Positions 1 through 8,834 of a stretch of DNA of 64,000 nucleotides are shown here, in pieces. The stretch comes from an uncultured Gemmatimonadales bacterium (GTDB taxonomy: Bacteria > Gemmatimonadota > Gemmatimonadetes > Longimicrobiales > RSA9): positions 864,001 through 928,000 of the forward strand of contig OY970192.1 in assembly GCA_963708135.1 (NCBI GenBank). Direction: 5' to 3'. A program made the translations under genes and the position numbers. The notes beneath the pieces were generated by a model. The model saw nothing but the letters and a program-made list of their open reading frames with translations. It did no database searches and was not told the DNA's origin. The first letter of the stretch is position 1. Each line of letters starts with the position of its first letter.

Positions 1-2
1 AC

Positions 3-239
3 TCCACGTCCGGCGCCTCCGCCAACCTGCTCGAGGCCGCCCGCGCCGCGCGCCGGCAGCACGTCCGCACCGTGGCGCTGCTCGCCCGCGGCGGCGGCTC
101 GCTGAAGGACGTGGTCGACCACGCCCTGGTCCTGCCCACGGACGATGGCGCCCATGCCCAGGAGCTCCACCTCGCCATCGGCCACGCCATCTGCGCCGCC
201 GTCGAGGCCCGGGCCCACAACGCGCTCGGCGAAATCTGA
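3..239 (+). CDS. gmhA: Phosphoheptose isomerase (SIS domain), 5'-truncated by the window edge
   Basis: Frame 3 reads STSGASANLLEAA...HAQELHLAIGHAIC, matching the GmhA STSG and QExH motifs; TGA at 237-239. Confidence 0.85.
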   Translation, partial: STSGASANLLEAARAARRQHVRTVALLARGGGSLKDVVDHALVLPTDDGAHAQELHLAIGHAICAAVEARAHNALGEI

Positions 240-323
240 GCTCGTGATACGCGAGGGCCGATCCCGCCGCCTGAAACCCGGATCCTGAATCCGACGCCCT
301 GATCCCTCATCCCTGGTCCCCAG

Positions 324-1085
324 ATGCTTCCAATCGACCTCTCCGGCAAATCCGCCGTCGTGACCGGCGGCTCGCGCGGCGTCGGCCGCGCCATCGCGCT
401 GCTGCTCGGGCGCGCCGGCGCCGACGTCGCCCTCTCGTACCAGAGCCGCGAGGAGGCGGCTCTCGCCGTTGTCGCCGACCTCGAGCGCAGCGGCGTCCGC
501 GCGCTGGCCGTGGGCGGCGACCTGGCGGACCCCGCCACGTCCAACCGCCTCTTCCAGCGTGCCGAGGAGACGTTCGGCGGCGTGGACATCTTCGTGGCGA
601 ACGCCGGCATCTGGCCGGTGGAGGACGTCGCCATCGCGGACATGTCCGGCGAGCGCTGGCGCCGCACGCTTGCGGTCAACCTGGATGCGGTCTTCTACTC
701 GACCCGCCTGGCCGCCCGGGTGCTGCGCGAGCACGGGCGCATCGTGTTGATCGGCTCGACGGCGGGGCAGCGAGGCGAGGCCTACCACGCGGACTACGCG
801 GTCACGAAGGGCGCCATCATCTCGCTGGTGAAGGGTGTGTGCGTCGAGCTCGCCGCGCGCGACATCACCGTCAACTGCGTGGCTCCCGGCTGGATCGACA
901 CGGAGATGTGCGACATCCCGTACGCCGCCGGCGGCCGCGAGCGCATCGCCGCCTCGATCCCGCTCGGCCGCGTCGCCTCGCCCGAGGACATCGCGGGGCC
1001 GGTGCTCTTCCTCTGCTCGCCGCTGGCCCGCCACGTCACGGGCGAGGTGCTGAACGTGAACGGCGGCGCGGTTCTCTGTGGCTGA
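324..1085 (+). CDS. SDR family oxidoreductase (FabG-like)
   Basis: TGGSRGVG Rossmann motif, NAG, YAVTK catalytic motif, NCVAPG. Confidence 0.9.
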   Translation: MLPIDLSGKSAVVTGGSRGVGRAIALLLGRAGADVALSYQSREEAALAVVADLERSGVRALAVGGDLADPATSNRLFQRAEETFGGVDIFVANAGIWPVEDVAIADMSGERWRRTLAVNLDAVFYSTRLAARVLREHGRIVLIGSTAGQRGEAYHADYAVTKGAIISLVKGVCVELAARDITVNCVAPGWIDTEMCDIPYAAGGRERIAASIPLGRVASPEDIAGPVLFLCSPLARHVTGEVLNVNGGAVLCG

Positions 1086-1899
1086 GGCGACGCGCGAGGC
1101 CGGCCCGCTTCGCGCCTGGCTGGTGGACTGGCTGCGACGCACGGGCGAGGAGGCCGGCAGCCGCGGGTTCGTCTTCGGCCTGTCGGGCGGCATCGACTCG
1201 GCCGTGGTCTGCGCGCTGGCGGCCGAGGCGGCCGGGCCGGAGGCGTGCCTTGGGCTCGTCATGCCCATCGAGTCCTCGCCCGAGGACGCGCGCGACGCCT
1301 GCGCCACCGCCGAGCGCTTCGGCGTGCACGCGCTCACGCTGGACCTCACGGAGCCCTTCGAGATGATGCTCGGGCGGCTGGGAGACTTCCGCGAGCGCGC
1401 CGAGCGGCTGAGCGGCGTTCCGCCCGCCGGCCCGGCGACCGCGGGCTCGCCCGCGGGAATCACCTCAGCCGATGCGCTCGCGCGCGCCAACCTCAAGCCG
1501 CGCATGCGGATGTCCGCCCTCTACTACTACGCGAACCTGCTCGGCTACATGGTGCTCGGCACCGGCAACCGGGACGAGTTCACCGTCGGCTACTACACCA
1601 AGTTCGGCGACGGCGCCGCCGACGCCTTCCCGCTCGGCGACCTCGTGAAGGCGGAGATCCGCGCGCTCGGCCGCCTGCTCGGCGTGCCGGCGGCGGTCCT
1701 CGAGCGGCCGCCGTCGGCGGGGCTCTGGGCCGGACAGACGGATGAGGAGGAGCTCGGCTTCTCCTACGACCAGCTCGACCGCTTCCTCCTGGCCGGCAGC
1801 GCCGGCGACGCGGAGCTCGACGCCGCCATCGAGAGCCGTCGCGCGGCCGCCGCGCACAAGGCCGCGCGGCCGCCCGTCGCCCGCCCGCCCCGCCCCTGA
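1078..1899 (+). CDS. nadE: NH3-dependent NAD+ synthetase
   Basis: GLSGGIDS, NLKPRMRM, GYYTKFGDG, PPSAGLWAGQTDE; no glutaminase domain. Confidence 0.93.
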   Translation: MAEATREAGPLRAWLVDWLRRTGEEAGSRGFVFGLSGGIDSAVVCALAAEAAGPEACLGLVMPIESSPEDARDACATAERFGVHALTLDLTEPFEMMLGRLGDFRERAERLSGVPPAGPATAGSPAGITSADALARANLKPRMRMSALYYYANLLGYMVLGTGNRDEFTVGYYTKFGDGAADAFPLGDLVKAEIRALGRLLGVPAAVLERPPSAGLWAGQTDEEELGFSYDQLDRFLLAGSAGDAELDAAIESRRAAAAHKAARPPVARPPRP

Positions 1900-1907
1900 C
1901 CGGCGCC

Positions 1908-3325
1908 ATGGACCTGCACCCCCCGCCGGCGGTGCTCGAGATCGCGGCCCGCCTCGAGCAGGCCGGCTTCGACACCTGGGCCGTCGGCGGCGCCGTCCGC
2001 GACGCCGTGCTCGGCCTGCCCGCCGTGGACTGGGACCTCGCCACGGCCGCCCGCCCGAAGCAGGTGCGCCGCCTCTTCCGCCGCACCGTCCCCGTCGGCA
2101 TAGAGCACGGCACCGTCGGCGTCCTCGGCGAGGACGACGTGCTCTACGAGGTCACCACCTTCCGCCGCGACGTGGAGACCTCCGGCCGCCACGCCGTGGT
2201 CGAGTTCGCGGACACGCTCGAGGAGGACCTCGCCCGCCGCGACTTCACCTTCAACGCCCTGGCCTGGAAGCCCGCCACCCGGGAGCTGCGCGATCCGTAC
2301 GCCGGCCTGGCCGATCTGGACGCCGGCCGGCTGCGCACGGTCGGGGCGGCGGCCGACCGCTTCGCGGAGGACTACCTGCGGATCCTGCGCGCGCTCCGCT
2401 TCGCCGGGCAGTTCCGGCTGGAGATCGAGCCCGCCGTCTGGAGCGCGCTCACCGCGGCCGCGCCGCACCTGGCCGAGCTTTCCGCCGAGCGCGTCCACGA
2501 GGAGCTGCGAAAGATCCTGACCAAGACCCGCCGGGCCTCCGTCTCCCTCGACCTCTACCGCCGCGCCGGCGTGCTGGACGTCGTCTTCCCGGAGCTCGCG
2601 GCCGTCGCCGCGCTGGGGGGGATGGGGCACCGGTTGCCGGCGCGGAAGCGGGCGCCGCCGCCGGGAGGGCCGCGGAAGGGGCCGTGGGGTCCGAGGGCGC
2701 CGCCGTTGCGACGGGGCCCTGGGCCATCTCCATCCACGCCGTCGACCACCTGCCCGTCACCCGCCCCCGGGTCCGCCTCGCCGCGCTGCTTCACGCCATC
2801 GGGATGCCCTCGGTCCGGATGCGCGACCTGCGCGGCGGCTGGCGCTACACCGGGCACGAGGCGGTCGGCGCGCGCAAGGCGGAGGAGCTGCTGCGTCGCC
2901 TGCGGGCGTCGAACGCGGAGATCGAGCGCGTGCGCCGGCTCGTCGCCCACCAGGCGGACCTGTTCCCGCCCGACGCCAGGGGGCCCGCCGTGCGCCGCTG
3001 GCTGCGGCGCGTGGGGCCCGACCTGTTCGCGGACTTCTGGCGCCTGCGCTTCGCGCTCTGGCGTGCCGATCCCACCTTCGGCGACGCCTCGCCCGACGAC
3101 CTGCTGGAGCGCGTCCGCACCGCCCGCTTCATCCTTCACCAGCACCCGCCCATCGAGGTGGCGGACCTCGCGATCGGCGGCGCCGAGCTGCGCGCCCTCG
3201 GCCTGCCGCCCGGCCCCGAGTACGGGCGCATCCTGCGGGCGCTGCTCGAGCGCGTGCTGGACGATCCAGAGGCGAATACGAGAGAGACGCTGCTGGAGCT
3301 GGCCCGGGAGCTGGCGCCCGCGTGA
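1908..3325 (+). CDS. cca: CCA tRNA nucleotidyltransferase, split by a frameshift at a G7 tract (2615-2621); real lesion or sequencing error
   Basis: N-half in the 1908 frame has GGAVRD, DWDLAT, RRDFTFNA, EDYLRILRALRF. C-half (LAALLHAIG, HEAVGA, LAIGGAEL..GPEYGRIL) is in the 1742..3325 frame. One extra G joins them. Confidence 0.85.
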
Positions 3326-3370
3326 GCCGTGGTACGGCATTGCCCGCCAGTGCCGCTCCCCACCACCGCA

Positions 3371-3864
3371 TGCATATCGCGGTCAACTCCCCACCTGTGG
3401 CCGCCGACCCAGAACGCGTGGGGAGTTGACGGTGCATATCGCGGTCAACTCCCCACCCGTGGCCGCGGACCAGGACGCATGGGGAGTTGACGGTGCATAT
3501 CGCGGTCAACCCCCCACCCGTGGCCGCCGTGAAGGACGCGTGGGGAGTTGACGGTGCATAGCGCGGTCAAGGCCCCACCCGTGGCCGCGGACCAGGACGC
3601 GTGGGGAGTTGACGGTGCATATCGCGGTCAACCCCCCACCCGTGGCCGCCGACCAGGACGCGTGGGGAGTTGACGGTGCATAGCGCGGTCAAGGCCCCAC
3701 CGGTGGCCGCCGACCAGGACGCGTGGGGAGTTGACGGTGCATAGCGCGGTCAAGGCGCCACCCGTGGCCGCCGACCAGGACGCGTGGGGAGTTGACGGTG
3801 CATAGCGCGGTCAAGGCCCCACCCGTGGCCCCCGCGCAGGACGCGTGGGGAGTTCACGGTGCAT
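3371..3864. repeat. Tandem array of 8 x 61-bp units plus a partial ninth, each with inverted 13-bp arms GTCAACTCCCCAC / GTGGGGAGTTGAC (REP/BIME-like)
   Basis: TGCAT unit starts at 3371, 3433, 3494, 3555, 3616, 3677, 3738, 3799, 3860. Confidence 0.95.
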
Positions 3865-3942
3865 GGCGCTGGCGGTCGAGCCGAGGGTCGGCGCTGGAGG
3901 TGCGCAGGGCGGGCGCCGGGCCGCGCCGGCACGCCGGTGGAC

Positions 3943-4092
3943 GAGGAACCCCCGCGCGCGTAGGGGCACGCGCGCCGTCGGCCTGCACGCCCACGGCGCG
4001 CTGGAGGAACCCCCGCGCGCGTAGGGGCACGGCGGTCGCCAAGGCGGTCGAGAGCGTGCTGCTGGCGGAACCGCCGCGCGCGCAGGGTCACG
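3943..4092 (-). CRISPR. Putative degenerate orphan CRISPR mini-array (type I-E-like): 3 x 28-bp repeats, 2 unique 33-bp spacers
   Basis: GAGGAACCCCCGCGCGCGTAGGGGCACG is identical at 3943 and 4004, with a 4-mismatch copy at 4065; period 61. The reverse complement aligns in register with I-E repeats (CCC..CGC..GCGGGG.T). No cas genes in the window. Confidence 0.45.
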
Positions 4093-4167
4093 GGACCCGG
4101 CACCCGCCGCCGGCGAGCGCGGAACCGCCGCGTGCCCGCCCCGGCAAGGCACCCGCTGGCGCCGGCG

Positions 4168-4245
4168 GTGAACGCGGACCCCGCCGGTGAACGCGGACCC
4201 CGCCGTGAACGCGGAACCCGCCGGCGAACGCGGAACCGCCGCGCG
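4168..4245. repeat. 4 x 18-19-bp tandem repeat GTGAACGCGGA(C/A)CCCGCC(G)
   Basis: Units start at 4168, 4187, 4205, 4224. Confidence 0.85.
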
Positions 4246-4290
4246 CCCAGCCAGGCCAGGCCCGCGCGGCCCCGGGAATCGGCGCCCGGT

Positions 4291-4316
4291 CTCCCACTCT
4301 CCCACTCTCCCACTCT
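4291..4316. repeat. (CTCCCACT)3 short tandem repeat
   Basis: Directly visible; followed by 12-bp CCGCCGCCAGCC duplications at about 4323-4360. Confidence 0.8.
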
Positions 4317-4386
4317 GTGGCGCCGCCGCCAGCCCCGCCGCCAGCCCCGCCGCCCCCCCGCCGCACTCCACGCCGCCACGCGGGTA

Positions 4387-4734
4387 CTACGAGCGCGAGA
4401 TGTCCACCGGCGTCGTCTCGCCGGTGCGCAGCAGGACGTCCTTCCGGATCTGGGCCGACTCGCCCTGCGGCTGGGCGATCACGGAGATCTGCGTGCCGGC
4501 GGCGTCCACGACCACGAACTCCTGGGTCTCCCCCGGGGCGACGGTGCCCAGCGCGCGCACGATGCCGTTCGCCGTCATGTACGAGAGGTCGACCTGGGTC
4601 GACAGCGTGTTGTGGACGGAGATCCGGTAGGCGGACGGCGAGGCGGACTCCACGGCCACGCCGCGGGCGCACGCGGGCGCCAGGATGAGCAGCAGGAAGA
4701 GGGGCAGCAGTCGGGCCGGTCGCGTGTCGCGCAT
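4387..4734 (-). CDS. Small putative lipoprotein, beta-rich
   Basis: MRDTRPARLLPLFLLLILAPAC signal peptide with lipobox-like Cys; upstream AAGGAG SD. Confidence 0.75.
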   Translation of the reverse strand: MRDTRPARLLPLFLLLILAPACARGVAVESASPSAYRISVHNTLSTQVDLSYMTANGIVRALGTVAPGETQEFVVVDAAGTQISVIAQPQGESAQIRKDVLLRTGETTPVDISRS

Positions 4735-4750
4735 GACGGCTCCTTCGTGA

Positions 4751-6160
4751 ATGGAAAGGGACGTGGCCAGGAAATCCAGCGTACGAACGGACGAGCCCTC
4801 GCTCTTCGCCGCCGGCCGGCGCACGCAGCCGCTGGCGGCGCGTATGCGCCCTTCCACGCTCGGCGACTTCGTCGGCCAGCGCCACCTGCTGGGCGAGGGC
4901 AAGGCGCTGCGCACGGCCATCGAGGGCGGCGAGATCGGCTCCATGATCCTGTGGGGACCGCCCGGCACGGGCAAGACCACGCTCGGCCACGTCATTGCCC
5001 GCTCGACCGACCGCGCCTTCGTCCCCTTCAGCGCCGTCAGCGAGGGCGTACCGCGCATCCGCGAGATCGCCGCGCAGGCGCAGAACCGGCTGGACGCCGG
5101 CGGCGCACGCACCATCCTCTTCATCGACGAGATCCACCGCCTGAACAAGGCGCAGCAGGACAGCCTGCTGCCGTACGTCGAGCAGGGCACCTTCACGCTC
5201 ATCGGGGCCACCACCGAGGCGCCCAGCTTCGAGATCAACGGCGCGCTGCTCTCCCGCTCGCGCGTGTTCGTGCTCGAGCCTCTCGCGGCGGCCGACATCC
5301 GGCAGATCCTGGACCGGGCGCTGGCCGACGGCGAGGAGGGGCTCGGCGGCATGGAGCTGGACGTGGAGGAGGACGCCCTCGAGGCGCTCGCGGAGCTGGC
5401 CGATGGCGATGCGCGCCGCGCGCTGACCACGCTCGAGGCGGCCGCCGCCTTCGTCGGCGCGGGCGGGCGCGTCACCATGAACACCATCCGCGAGGCCATG
5501 CAGAAGCGCGTTGCCCGCTACGACAAGGCGGGCGAGGAGCACTACAACATCCTGTCCGCGTACCACAAGTCGCTGCGCGGCAGCGACGTCCAGGCCGCGC
5601 TCTACTGGATGGCCCGGATGATCGACGCCGGCGAGGACCCGATGACGCTGTTCCGCCGGGCCATCGCAATGGCCGCGGAGGACATCGGGCTGGCCGATCC
5701 GAACGCCCTCCAGCTGGCCGTGGCCGCCCGCGACGCGTTCCATATGCTGGGCGAGCCCGAGGGCTACCTGCCGCTGGCCGAGATGACCATCTACCTGGCG
5801 ACGGCGCCCAAGTCCAACGCCTCCGCGCGCGGCCTCTGGTCCTCGCTCGCCGCCGCGAAGGAGAGCCCGACCGCGCCCGTGCCGCTGGGCGTGCGCAACG
5901 CCCCCACGAAGCTGCACAGGGAGCTCGGGTATCACGAGGGGTACCGCTACGCCCACGACGCGCCCGAGGCGTACACCCCGCAGGAGTACCTGCCGGAGGC
6001 GCTGCGGGACGCCACGTTCTACGAGCCCGGCCCGTTCGGCTTCGAGCGCGAGGTCGCCAAACGGATCGAGTGGTGGAACAAGCTGAAGCGCGCGGCCGGT
6101 ACTGAGCACGGAACTGGCAACGATCGACCGGACGCGACTGCCCAGGAGGCCGAACCATGA
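4751..6160 (+). CDS. rarA: Replication-associated recombination protein A (AAA+); start may be GTG 4763
   Basis: PLAARMRP, GPPGTGKTT, FIDEIHR, KSLRGSD, EDIGLADP, GYRYAHD. Confidence 0.95.
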   Translation: MERDVARKSSVRTDEPSLFAAGRRTQPLAARMRPSTLGDFVGQRHLLGEGKALRTAIEGGEIGSMILWGPPGTGKTTLGHVIARSTDRAFVPFSAVSEGVPRIREIAAQAQNRLDAGGARTILFIDEIHRLNKAQQDSLLPYVEQGTFTLIGATTEAPSFEINGALLSRSRVFVLEPLAAADIRQILDRALADGEEGLGGMELDVEEDALEALAELADGDARRALTTLEAAAAFVGAGGRVTMNTIREAMQKRVARYDKAGEEHYNILSAYHKSLRGSDVQAALYWMARMIDAGEDPMTLFRRAIAMAAEDIGLADPNALQLAVAARDAFHMLGEPEGYLPLAEMTIYLATAPKSNASARGLWSSLAAAKESPTAPVPLGVRNAPTKLHRELGYHEGYRYAHDAPEAYTPQEYLPEALRDATFYEPGPFGFEREVAKRIEWWNKLKRAAGTEHGTGNDRPDATAQEAEP

Positions 6161-6645
6161 TGACCCGAAAGCGATTCCTCAGGGCCGGCGCCGCCGCCGC
6201 GCTCGTCCTGGCCGCGGCCGCGGCCTGCTCCCACGCCTTCCGCCAGCCTACGGTGGAGCTGACGGGCGTGAAGCTGGGCGGCATCGGCATCCAGGGCGGG
6301 CTGCTCTACGCCGACCTGAGGGTGGACAACCCGAACGGCTACGACCTGAAGGCCAACGGCCTGAGCTACGACCTCCAGCTGCGCGACCCCGACGACCCGC
6401 AGGGCTGGGTGCCGGTGTCCAGGGGTACCTACGACGAGGAGGTCAAGGTGCCCGCGCGCGGCCAGGCGCTGGTCGAGATCCCGGTCGAGTTCAGCTACGC
6501 CGGCGCCAACGCGGCCGTGCGCTCCGTGCTCAGCCGCGGTACGTTCACCTACAAGGTCAGCGGCACGGTGGGCGTGAAGGAGCCGATCGAGACCACGGTG
6601 CCGTATCACCACCAGGGCGTAATCACCATGCAGGGCGCCCAGTAG
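6157..6645 (+). CDS. LEA type 2 (WHy) domain lipoprotein
   Basis: LAAAAAC lipobox; LRVDNPNGYDL motif. Confidence 0.85.
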   Translation: MMTRKRFLRAGAAAALVLAAAAACSHAFRQPTVELTGVKLGGIGIQGGLLYADLRVDNPNGYDLKANGLSYDLQLRDPDDPQGWVPVSRGTYDEEVKVPARGQALVEIPVEFSYAGANAAVRSVLSRGTFTYKVSGTVGVKEPIETTVPYHHQGVITMQGAQ

Positions 6646-6666
6646 ACCCGTTTCCGGGAGCCGGCC

Positions 6667-7965
6667 ATCACACGATCCATTTCGACGGAGCAGGCGCGCG
6701 AGCGCGCGGTCCTCGTGGGCGCGCCCACGCGATCGGTGAGCCCGCTGGCCGCCGAGGAGCACCTCCAGGAGCTCGAGCGCCTGGCCGACACGGCCGGCGC
6801 CGAGGTGGCGGGCGTGGTCCGCCAGCGCCTCGAGACGCCGCACCCGAAGTACTACATCGGCGAGGGCAAGGCCACGGAGCTGCGCGAGGTGGCCCGCCAG
6901 ACCGGCGCGGACCTGGTCATCTTCGACGAGGATCTCTCGCCCGCGCAGGGCAAGAACCTCGAGGACCTGCTCGACGTCCGCGTCATGGATCGGACCGAGC
7001 TGATCCTCGACATCTTCGTCACGCGCGCGCGCACCAGCGAGGCGCAGATGCAGGTCGAGCGCGCCCAGCTCGAGTACATGCTGCCGCGGCTCAAGCGCAT
7101 GTGGACCCACCTCGAGCGCACCCAGGGCGGCATCGGCATGCGCGGCCCCGGCGAGACCCAGCTCGAGACGGACCGCCGCCTCATCAGCCGCCGCATCCGC
7201 GACCTGCGCGAGAAGCTCGAGACCGTCGCCCGCCGGCGCGCCACCCAGCGCAAGGGGCGCTCGGGCGAGTTCCGCGCCGCCCTCGTCGGCTACACCAACG
7301 CCGGCAAGTCCTCGATCCTGCGCGGCCTCTCCGGCGCCGACCTGTTCGTGGAGGACCGCCTCTTCGCCACCCTCGATCCGGCTACCCGCTCGGTGGACGT
7401 GGGCGGCGGCGCGAAGGTGCTGGTGACGGACACGGTCGGCTTCATCCGGAAGCTGCCGCACGACCTCGTCGCCTCGTTCCGCGCCACGCTGGAGGAGGCG
7501 GGCGAGGCGGACCTGCTGCTGCACGCCATCGACGCGTCCTACCCGACCTGGCTCGAGCAGAAGGAGGTCGTGGAGGACGTGCTGCGCGATCTGGGCCTCG
7601 GCGACCGCCCCGTGCTCCTGGTCTTCAACAAGGTCGACCGCCTGACCCACGGCGAGGAGGGTTCGCTCCGCGACGAGGTGCGGGCCATCCTGCCGCAGCC
7701 GAGCGTCTTCGTCTCCGCCGTCGAGCCGGGCGGCCTGGAGCCGCTGCGCGAGGCGCTGCTCGAGGAGCTCAGGGCGCTGCGCCCCGAGGTCCACCTCCGC
7801 CTCCCGTCCACCGACGGCGAGGCGCTCGCGGCCGTCTACCGCGAGGGCGAGGTGCTCAGCCGCGAGGAGCGCGGCGAGACGATCGACCTGCTCGTCCGCC
7901 TGCCGCTGCCCACGCTCGGCCGGCTGCGCCGCCGCGAGGGCATCGACGTCTCTCAGCCGGCATGA
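6667..7965 (+). CDS. hflX: Ribosome rescue GTPase HflX; probable non-canonical ATC start at 6667 (first canonical start is GTG 6715)
   Basis: GYTNAGKSS, FATLD, DTVG, NKVD, RGPGETQLETDRR; the conserved ERAVLVG begins upstream of 6715. Confidence 0.93.
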   Translation: MTRSISTEQARERAVLVGAPTRSVSPLAAEEHLQELERLADTAGAEVAGVVRQRLETPHPKYYIGEGKATELREVARQTGADLVIFDEDLSPAQGKNLEDLLDVRVMDRTELILDIFVTRARTSEAQMQVERAQLEYMLPRLKRMWTHLERTQGGIGMRGPGETQLETDRRLISRRIRDLREKLETVARRRATQRKGRSGEFRAALVGYTNAGKSSILRGLSGADLFVEDRLFATLDPATRSVDVGGGAKVLVTDTVGFIRKLPHDLVASFRATLEEAGEADLLLHAIDASYPTWLEQKEVVEDVLRDLGLGDRPVLLVFNKVDRLTHGEEGSLRDEVRAILPQPSVFVSAVEPGGLEPLREALLEELRALRPEVHLRLPSTDGEALAAVYREGEVLSREERGETIDLLVRLPLPTLGRLRRREGIDVSQPA

Positions 7966-8834
7966 GCGAGTCGGTCGTCATCATCGGGCCCGGGCGCATG
8001 GGGCTGGCGCTCGGCGCCGCGCTCCGCCACGCCCGCGCCGTGGACCGGCTCCTCTTCTTCGGCCGCGCGCTCGAGCCGCCGCCGCACCCGCTCTTCGATG
8101 CCGGTCCCGAGGGTGCCGAGTACCGCCTCGGACCGCAGCCGCTCCCGCCCGAGACGACCGCCGTGATCCTGGCGGTGCCGGATGCCGCGCTCGGCGACGT
8201 CGCCTACGACCTCTCCCGGGCGGGCGCCGCGCCCCCGGGCTGCGCCGCGCTCCATCTCTCCGGCGCTCTCTCGACCGATGCGCTCGCACCGCTCCACGCC
8301 GTCGGCTACGCCATCGGCTCCATGCACCCGCTCCAGGCCGTGGCCGACCCGTGGTCCGCGGGCGACCGGCTGATCGGCAGCGCGTTCGCGCTCGCCGGCG
8401 AGCCCGCCGCCATCGCCGCCGGGCGCCGGCTCGTCAACGAGCTCGAGGGCCATGCGCTGCTGATCCCCGTCGCGCTCCGGCCGCTCTACCACGCGGCCGC
8501 CGTGTTCGCCTCCAACTACCTGGTCGTGCTCCTGGCGGTGGCCGTCCGGCTGCTCCAGTCGGCGGGCATCCCGCCCGACGAGGCGCTCCCCTCCATCCTG
8601 CCGCTCATGCGCGGCACCCTCGACAACCTGGAGCACCTCGGCATCCCGGCCGCCCTGACCGGCCCCGTCCCGCGCGGAGACGCCGACACCGTCCGCCTCC
8701 ACCTCGCGCGGTTGTCGGATGAGGATCGCGCGTTATATTCCGCGCTCGGCCGCGAGCTCCTGAAGCTCGCGAGGGCGGCGGGCCTCGACGAAGCCAGGGC
8801 CGCCGACCTCGCTCTCCTCCTCTCGCGCGACTGA
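7962..8834 (+). CDS. Rossmann-like + DUF2520 protein (PanG-like ketopantoate reductase)
   Basis: GPGRMG, HLSGA, MHPLQ, YHAAAVFASNY, ALTGPVPRGD; ATGA overlap with hflX. Confidence 0.88.
   Translation: MSESVVIIGPGRMGLALGAALRHARAVDRLLFFGRALEPPPHPLFDAGPEGAEYRLGPQPLPPETTAVILAVPDAALGDVAYDLSRAGAAPPGCAALHLSGALSTDALAPLHAVGYAIGSMHPLQAVADPWSAGDRLIGSAFALAGEPAAIAAGRRLVNELEGHALLIPVALRPLYHAAAVFASNYLVVLLAVAVRLLQSAGIPPDEALPSILPLMRGTLDNLEHLGIPAALTGPVPRGDADTVRLHLARLSDEDRALYSALGRELLKLARAAGLDEARAADLALLLSRD

Noticed and set aside
2150..2235. cca as a CC-only enzyme with a deleted flexible loop
   Set aside because: The loop TFRRDVETSGRHAVVEF resembles that of full CCA-adding enzymes of the alphaproteobacterial/mitochondrial type.
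3371..3864. 61-bp array as a bona fide CRISPR
   Set aside because: The inter-arm segments are near-identical rather than unique spacers, so it is a tandem repeat.
3129..4379. ORFs across the repeat mosaic (3129..3509, 3750..4379, 3792..4190, 3811..4371)
   Set aside because: Translations of non-triplet (61-bp) repeats with no coding signature.
6157..7965. LEA-HflX fusion via TAG read-through
   Set aside because: In frame, but LEA is an exported lipoprotein and HflX is cytoplasmic; the SD + ATC start is a simpler explanation.
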